From positions 1 through 40,279 of IMG/VR virus record IMGVR_UViG_3300045988_083323: 40,279 nucleotides of DNA. One strand, 5' to 3'. Positions 20,143 through 28,500 of the stretch are shown here, one piece after another. The notes beneath the pieces are model-generated. The model saw only the letters and a list, made by a program, of their open reading frames with translations, was not told the DNA's origin and did no database searches. This DNA is from a virus. The position numbers were made by a program, and so were the translations under genes. How positions within the stretch are numbered: the stretch's first letter is position 1; every line of letters begins with the position of its first letter.

Positions 20143-20502
20143 ATGACCGGCAAAGATTTATACATCCTGGCCTCCGCTACCCTGTATGAGGGAGACGGGG
20201 AGGACCTGGATTCAAAAAGATTCTCCGTCCCCTTCCTGAACATCCTCCTGCAGGAAGCCCTCAATACGGAGAATAGCCTACGGGCAGCCGAAGGAGGGGA
20301 GATACTTCTCTCCGCTCCCCTCCTTACGGATCTGGATACGGAGATCCCCTACCACGACAGCATAGTGCGTGGCGCATTGCCCTACGGGCTGGCCTGGCAG
20401 TACAGACAGGAGGCCATGGACAACTACTGGGCCACCGTTTACCGCAACCTGTTTACCGAGGCGCTTCAAAACGCCGCAGCATTTACATGGGTGACGATAT
20501 GA
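20143..20502 (+). CDS. Head completion / adaptor-like protein (119 aa), function uncertain.
   Basis: The internal ATG at 20143 is preceded by GTGAGGA. The upstream part of the track ORF is a Pro-rich off-frame read of the capsid gene. Confidence 0.55.
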   Translation: MTGKDLYILASATLYEGDGEDLDSKRFSVPFLNILLQEALNTENSLRAAEGGEILLSAPLLTDLDTEIPYHDSIVRGALPYGLAWQYRQEAMDNYWATVYRNLFTEALQNAAAFTWVTI

Positions 20503-22499
20503 TCAATACGGACAATATACCGAGCGTCTCGCTCCACACCAAAGTCTACTCTCAGTTCCTGGGGGTAGACTTTACTACAGATGACACCAATATCTCAGAT
20601 TCCAGATCTCCGGACGCCCTGAACCTGATCACGGACGCCGCAGGCTTCCCGGAAAAACGGCCCGGATGGAGAGTATTGCAGGACTACTCCTGCGAGCATG
20701 AGGAGCGTAAGATCCATGGATTGCATTACGCTCATATAGGCGGCAAGGCTGCCATATTGGTCCATGCCGGATCTTCCCTGTATGCATTCGACCCGGAGAC
20801 GGAGGAGAGCACCATCATCTGTCAATCGGTCCATGACGGCCCCAGCACCGCCTTTGCCCATGGCGGGTACCTGTACTTTTTGGATGGGGAGCACTACTAC
20901 CGGATCTCCTACACCCCCACCCAGTACAGTATCTTGCAAGTGTCAGGGATAGCCAGAGTCCCCACCACAGGCGTGGGGGGACACTATGAAGCCAAGACCA
21001 CTACGGTAAACGGCGAGGAAAACACCACCTATACCTGGGTGCCATGTGAAGACTATGAAGAACCCAACATCCTCACCAGCAAGCAGATCAATACCCTTGC
21101 CGGTGACGGCGTAAACAAGGATTTCTGGCTGTCTTATGCAGGGTGCAGTGTATCTAAGGTGGAGATACTCAACGGGGGAACCTGGACGGTTGCAACGGGC
21201 TACACCACCACGGAGGACAGCGACAGAGGAAAGACAAAGCTCACGTTTACCACCGCCCCCGCCGCCCATGCAAAGGGCGCAGGGATAGACAACATAAAGG
21301 TGTACTTTGTATCCTCCAAATACACCGCCTCCCCCAGCACCATTGAAAAGTGTACCATCTCCACCCAGTACGGATACTTCAACGACAACCGGTTTTTTAT
21401 ATCGGGCAACCCGGACAAGCCCCATATGGACTGGGCCTGCGCCGTGGATGATCCCACCTATTGGGAGCTTAACCAGTGGACCAAGGTGGGGAGCGACCAG
21501 ACCGCTATAAGAGGATACCTGCATTACGGAGACGCGCTGGCCATTGTCAAAGAGGACGATAACCAGGATGCGGAAATATATATCCGTACCGCCCAGGAGA
21601 CGGAGGACAACAAGGTCCTCTATCCCGTGCAGCAGGGTATCAAGGGCGTAGGCGCTGCCTCCATCCATGCCTTTGCCACATTGAGAGACGATCCCATGTT
21701 TCTTGCCAAGGAGGGGATATTCGCCATCGCCGGTACGGACGCCTCTCAACAGCGGACCGTCCAGAACCGCTCCTACTTTGTGGACAATCGTCTGAAGATG
21801 GAGGCGCGCAAGGAAGACGCCTGCGCCATCATCTGGGACGGCAAGTACCTGGTGGCCTTCCCCGAGTCTAAACACTGCTATGTGGCGGACGCGCGAATGC
21901 GGTCAGGCATGAACGAGAGCTACGTGTATGAGTGGAACTACTGGGACAACATCCCCGCCTGCAGATTCCTGGAGTTTGACGGGAACCTTTACTTCGGGAC
22001 GGAGGACGGCAGACTATGCAGGATGAACACCGACCTGAAGAGCATGCAGAAGTATGCGGACGGGTTGACCCGTGTGACCCCTGTACCGGATGACACCAGC
22101 GAGTACGCCAGGTGGACAGGTGGTGACGCTATCCGTGCCAGGTGGACCACCAAGGCGGACGTGCTGGGGACCATAGCCAAGACCAAGACCATGACCAAGC
22201 GCGGCTGCACCGTCATGCTCAAGCCCTATTCCCTTTCCGGCGTTACCATGCGGTTTACGTCCAATAAGGCCATAGACGAGGACATCAGAGAGGTGATCCT
22301 CAATGTGTGGGACTTTGCGGAGCTGGATTTCAGCCGGATCGACTTCAATGCCATAGAGGCGCCCCAGGTGGTGGCCCTCAGTAAAAAGGTCAAAAAGTTC
22401 GCCTTCCTGCAGCTGATCTTTGAGAACACCAAGAAGAATGAGGCGTTCGGCCTGTACCGGATAGACGTGCAGTACTTTATCAACAACTACATCAAGTGA
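20499..22499 (+). CDS. Large virion structural protein (putative tail/nozzle component, 666 aa).
   Basis: Track ORF 20487-22499; the ATG at 20499 is ATGA-coupled to the previous stop. The composition looks beta-rich. No motif is recognised, so the role is inferred from position only. Confidence 0.6.
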   Translation: MINTDNIPSVSLHTKVYSQFLGVDFTTDDTNISDSRSPDALNLITDAAGFPEKRPGWRVLQDYSCEHEERKIHGLHYAHIGGKAAILVHAGSSLYAFDPETEESTIICQSVHDGPSTAFAHGGYLYFLDGEHYYRISYTPTQYSILQVSGIARVPTTGVGGHYEAKTTTVNGEENTTYTWVPCEDYEEPNILTSKQINTLAGDGVNKDFWLSYAGCSVSKVEILNGGTWTVATGYTTTEDSDRGKTKLTFTTAPAAHAKGAGIDNIKVYFVSSKYTASPSTIEKCTISTQYGYFNDNRFFISGNPDKPHMDWACAVDDPTYWELNQWTKVGSDQTAIRGYLHYGDALAIVKEDDNQDAEIYIRTAQETEDNKVLYPVQQGIKGVGAASIHAFATLRDDPMFLAKEGIFAIAGTDASQQRTVQNRSYFVDNRLKMEARKEDACAIIWDGKYLVAFPESKHCYVADARMRSGMNESYVYEWNYWDNIPACRFLEFDGNLYFGTEDGRLCRMNTDLKSMQKYADGLTRVTPVPDDTSEYARWTGGDAIRARWTTKADVLGTIAKTKTMTKRGCTVMLKPYSLSGVTMRFTSNKAIDEDIREVILNVWDFAELDFSRIDFNAIEAPQVVALSKKVKKFAFLQLIFENTKKNEAFGLYRIDVQYFINNYIK

Positions 22500-22507
22500 G
22501 GATCCAT

Positions 22508-25500
22508 ATGGCAATCTACGATGATACCGTGAAAAAATATAAGCAGTATTTGAAGGACGCGCAGATCGAGGCGCTCATGGAGAAGTCCAGACAGTACAAC
22601 CGGGAGAACGCCGGCAACCGTGCGGACGCCGTGTCTCAGGCAAGGTCCAACTATGACACCGCATACAGAGGCTTACAGAACATGGGCCTGGCGGGAGCCA
22701 AGGGGACCGAGATCACCGGCGAGGTACCCCGGCTGAAAACCAATATCGCCGGCCAGTTTGACCGGGTAAATGCCCAGCTGTATAACCGGGAGCAGCAGGC
22801 CGTGGAAGCATTGGGCGGACAGTATGCCGCCCAGACCAAAGCACAACAGGCAGCCGAGGCGGCAGCCCGGGCATCTGCGGCATCTCAAGTGGAATCGGAA
22901 GAAGCAGCAAAGCGCAACGCCGTAGGCGGACTGGTGACCGGCGCTGTCTCCGCAGCACTGGCGGGGCAGACCAAGCCCAACGCAAACACCGCAACCCTTA
23001 TCCCCTCCAAGGGACAGAGGATCGGCATGGAGAATGCGGCTAAAGCCAGAGGCACCGGAGGCATGGTCACCGCCGCTACCGCTGCCGCTATTGCCCAGCA
23101 GGAGTTTGAGCAGAAAAAAGCCCTGGCGGCTATGCAGGCGCTGGGTATCCGCAGATCCAAATTTGCTTTCAGCCCCACGCAGAAAACCGCAGCCAAGACC
23201 ACCGTCAATGCGCTGCAGAGCTCCCAGGCTGCCCAGCAGGAATACCTCTCCGCTATGGAGATGCTCCGCCGTGCCCAGGCAGGCGCTCAAAAGGATCCCA
23301 GAGCCGGATCCGGTGTGGCCTATTATGCGGATAAGGTGGGTGAGATCCTGAGCAATGCCACCATCCCCACCGAGCAGCGTGTGCAGATGGCCATGGAGTA
23401 CCTGCAGGCAGACGTGGACGAGAAGACCAGCCCCCTGGCGGACCGAAAGGCCAAGGAGATCATTGCCAGTGCCTATGGCTTGAAGGTGCCCAAGAGTGAC
23501 GAGACGTTTGACGCCATGGACAAAGCCAGACGCAGCAAGCCCGGTAAAATGGGGTATGGCGTAGGCGCCACGTATGACAAGGACGCGGAGATCGCCTTCC
23601 GTCAGGAGCAGAGCAACCGGGCGGAGTACAACTATTATATGCCGGCCATTGCCAATAAGATTAGGTATGCGGGCAAGACCGGGAAGGTAAACGATAAGGA
23701 AAACGACTATGTATATAGTGTCATCAACGGGAAGATCACAGAAGAAGACTTCAAAAAGCTGTATGGGCGCTCTGATCCTGGCACCAAGAACAGATACCTT
23801 CTGCTTGATGAGGAGGAAAAGAATGCCTACAACTATCTGTATGAGAAAAAGGGATTAAAAGCTGCCAACAACTATGCGGATTCTCTCATGCCTTTGCTGG
23901 AAATGCGAGGCGCGGAAGCAGATAAAGCAGCGTGGGAGGAATACACAAAGGAACATCCTGTTGCGGCAAACATACATTCTGTCGGTCTATCTGCGGCTGA
24001 AATTGCTCCGGCTATCTCCCGCATTGGGATTGGAGCTTACAACGAAATCAGCGGAACAAAGAACCCTGCGTATGTGGATACAAACAGTACTTTGTATTCC
24101 GGTACGAATCGCCGCACTACCATTCGGACGAAAACGTCCGGAATGATTTTAGGGGACAATCCTACAGGATGGCAGAAGGTCAAGAACTTTGCATACAATA
24201 CCGGTATGTCTATGGCAGACAGCGCTACCATGCTTCCGTTTGCGTATGCTGGGTTGCCTTGGGTAAGTGATCTTGTGTTCTTTTCTTCCGCGTCTAATGA
24301 TGCGTATAAGGACGCTATTTCCAGAGGAGCAAACCAGGCAGACGCTATTCTGGCCGGGTCGGCTTCCGGCATAGCCGAGGCTCTGTTTGAGCATGTATCC
24401 CTTGATAAGGTGGTTAAAATGTCCACGTCCGGAAAAGGGAAATTTATCATGAACATACTGAAGCAAGCTGGCATAGAAGCATCGGAGGAAGCATGCACCA
24501 GTGTTGCGAACCTAATTACGGATAAATTGTTTTTAGGGGAACTGTCCAACAACGAATTGGACAGAAAGAATTATATCCAGGAATACATGGCAACCGGAAT
24601 GAGCCGGGAAGAGGCGGAAAAGAAAGCAGACATTCAGGTTTTCGCGGACACGATAAAAGATATAGGAATGGATGCCTTGGGCGGCTTTGCAAGCGGTCTT
24701 GGGTTTGGCCTGTTTGGGGCAGCAACCAATGCGTACACGCAGAAGCAGATCGGAAAAGAGGTAAAACAAAACAGCGAAGTCCTGGACAATGACTACCGCG
24801 TTGCAGAACTATTGGGGGGAGAAACCGCTGACCTCGCACGGAAGTATGACCAAAGGTCTATAACGGAAATGGAAGCAGGAGATCTCCATACAGCTATTGT
24901 TTCCAAATTGCAGGAGCAGGCGGAGGTATCAGAGAAAAACGCAGAAACTGTGGCCGCAGTTCTGGATGGGCGGGAAATATCTGCAGACCAAGCAGCAGAC
25001 ATGCTCCAATCGTCAAAGGATTTCCTGCAGGAGGCAGGGTATGACACCTCCTCTGCTGAAGCCCTGGCGGCAAGCTATAACCAACGCGTGGAAGAGGTTG
25101 CAACGGCCCAGAAAGAGGCTTTTGATAACCGGGCGAGGGATTACAACATCAAGAGAGCGGAGGAAGTATACACCGACAAGGAAGCCCTGAGAAACGTGCC
25201 TCTCACTCTCCCCACCGGGGTATCCCCCGTGCAGTTTGCCGATGCGGAAAGGAGCAATTTCAAATCCCGTACCACCATTCAGTCTGACGGGGTAGAGCTC
25301 CAGTTATCCCTCATGGATATGGACGGACGCTTCACCAACGAGCAGAAGCTGGAACGCGCCCGTAAGGCCATGACCGCCCAGGCGCAAAGAAAGCTGGACA
25401 TGATCGGTAAGATATCCAAAGCACTGGGTATGGACGTGGTGGTCCATGACTACATGAGAGGATCCAACGGCTACTTCGGGGAGGACGGGAAGATCCATTT

Positions 25501-28500
25501 TGTGCTCTCCGGCCATATGTCCGTGGCCAGAGTCGCCGCCCATGAGCTGACCCACCAGATGCAGTCCGTAGCATCCGAAAAGTATACCGTGGTCCGTGAC
25601 CAGCTGATCGAGGACGTAGGCCAGGACCGCTTTGACAGATTGCTCAAACGTAAAGCAGCTCAGTACGGGTACAACATGGAATCCGAGCAGGGACGGCTTG
25701 CCTGTGATGAGGAAGTCATAGCCGAATTGTGTGAGGGCATGCTGTCTGACAAGGACAGACTGGAACGCTTTGCCGAGCGTCACACCGACACCGCCCTTAC
25801 CTTAAAGGATCGTTTGACCAAGATCCTGAACGCCATCCACGCCACCCTGAAGGATACCTTCGGGCAGAACCAGAACCGGATCTCCGACATGATCACAGAC
25901 GAAAAGACCGCAGACAAATGGCTGGACGGTCTGGATGAAGTGCTCAAAAAGGTGCAGGAGAAGCAGGCGCAGGAAAACAAAAGCGCTATCCAGTACAGCG
26001 TAGATGAAACGGGAATGTCTGCCGAACGGAAAGCTGAGTACGATGAGTATATACAAAACGCATTGGGAGGGCCCGGAAACAACAACGAAAAACAGTTTAC
26101 CATCGGAAAGGTTGACGCACGTGTTGCAAAGTGGCTGGAGCGATTCGGGAAAAAGATAAGCTCTGATGCTGTGCATGTGATCGCAGACAATGACGTCCGG
26201 CATATCCGGAACCGTCATGGAATCGCTAAAGAGGGCCAGTACGGAGTAACTACCGGAGACATTCAGGCGATCCCCTACATACTTAAGAACGCCAATGAAA
26301 AGTATTTTTTCCCAAGATCGGACGGAAAGTCCGGTATTCTGTATGTTACAGACGGCGTGGATACTACCTACTACGTGGAGGAAATTTTCAGCGAGGATGC
26401 CTTAACCGGCAAACAAATGATCAAAACAAAGAAAGGAACGGTTCCGTCTGCATATGAAAATATCATAAATAACAAAGAAGCATTTCTTGCCCCTCTCGAT
26501 AATGCAGCAGATGCTGTTCCCGGGATGTACGTCCAAGACGTTCGGCAATATAATGCTTCCGCTAATAAAATATCACAAGCGGATAAATCCGTCAAGGGGA
26601 AATTTTCTCTGGACATAGATTCCGGCAATTTGCAGGCAGAGCTTTACGAGCTGAAGAATCAGAGAAAGGAAATGCTGGAAGCGGATGAAGCATACCGGAA
26701 GGCCTCTGAACAAAGGCGGTATGCCAATACTTTTGCCGAGAGAGTAGCTGCAAGCCGTGCTCTTCGGGAAGCGCAGGAGAAAATTGACACCGCAGAGATC
26801 GACCGTAAAATTTCCGAATTGCAAGACCGTATTTCCAAGATGCGGGAGGAAGAAGTTCGGAAGTACCGGGAAGAAAAAGAGAAATACGCAGGCACAAAAA
26901 CTGCCGGATATTCTATGGAGCCGGATACCCGTCTGAAATCTCTGGATGCTCCGTATATGGAAGCTGTAAAGAGCGGGAATAAATCGAAAGCGCAGAAGCT
27001 TGTGCAGCAGGCGGCAGAAGCAGCCATGCCCAAGTCTGTTGTCCGTGACAGCAAAGGAAAACTGTTGAAGACGTATCACTACACTAACAGCAACTTCACA
27101 GCCTTTGATCGCAGCACGGCACGAACCGGAAATGAGATGGACGGATTCTTCTTTGCTCCGGACGCAGAATCCACCAGCGAGTATGGAAAAAGACAGATTG
27201 TTGCGTATCTGAACATCACGAACCTTGCGGTGGATCCTGTGTTGGATCGAAAGTTCGATGATTCCGGAACCCTGCTCAGAGAGAAGCTGGCGGCACAGGG
27301 ATATGATGGCGTTGCCAGAACGGAGAACGGAAAGATCTATGAGTATATGGTGTTTGATCCGGAACAGATCAAACTTGCCGATGCCGTGACCTATGACGAT
27401 GCAGGAAACGCCATCCCCCTGTCTGAGAGATTCAACATGGGGAAGAAGGATTTCCGTTATTCCCTGGATACGGAGCAGCTGGAAAAGACCGTCCGTGCCA
27501 TTGACACCAAGGCGCTGGAAGAAGGCCTGCAGAGCATGACCCTGACCAGCAATGTCAACAGCTTCACCATGAAGGATCCCTCCCGGTTCTTTGACGCCAT
27601 CTCAAAGAATAATACGGAGCTGCGGGATGAGCTGCATGACATCTTCGAGAAGCCCCATTCCGAGGCCACCGGCAAATATGCCAGAGGGATCAAGGACATG
27701 CAGGAGCGTGTGCGGAACATCGCCACGGAAGCGGGGATACTCTCAAAGGACGGAAAGAAGTTCGACAAAGCGGCCAGCGCAGCGGTGCAGAACATAGGCG
27801 AAGGGATCGCCCCCATTGCATGCAGCGTAGAAGCCAAAGTAGTGGAAGCAGACACCATATCCCTGAAGGCCACCCGGAACGACTCCGAGATCCTGTCCGG
27901 CGACTTCACACTGGAGGAAGTGGTGGATAAATTTGGGGTCGAGAACGGAAACGAGATCTTGGATAAAGCCTTTGACCAGGCGCAGAAGGACAGCGAGAAG
28001 GGAAGGAAGGCCTCTGCCGTAGAATATGAGAGCACCACCTCTCCCTACACCATTGACGATCTGAAGGCACAGTTCCCAACCTCCTGGGAGCGGCTCAAGG
28101 CTGCGGCAGACGCCTACCGGGAAATGTACGATGAGTACTATGAGAACATGAACGCCATGCTCCGGGAGATCTACCCGAATGCATTTACCAGCAAGGACGA
28201 TACGACCGCCAAGATAGACGCTTTGGTGGAGAAGAAGAAGCACCGTATTGCGGATGCGGAGCAGGCCATACTGGAGAGAGAGAAGACTCTTAAGAAGGTC
28301 GAGAGCGAGATGGCCGGCAAAAAGCGTACGGATACCAAGGCCTACGACACGCTGAGACGGCGTCAGACGCGGCTCAATGAATCCATAGCCGACCTGAACG
28401 AGCTGATAGCCGGTTACAACGAGGATGTCGCGGCTCTGGCGGTGAAGAAGAACGCCATACTGGAAGACAAGAGCGGGGAAAGTCTGAACCGGATGCACAA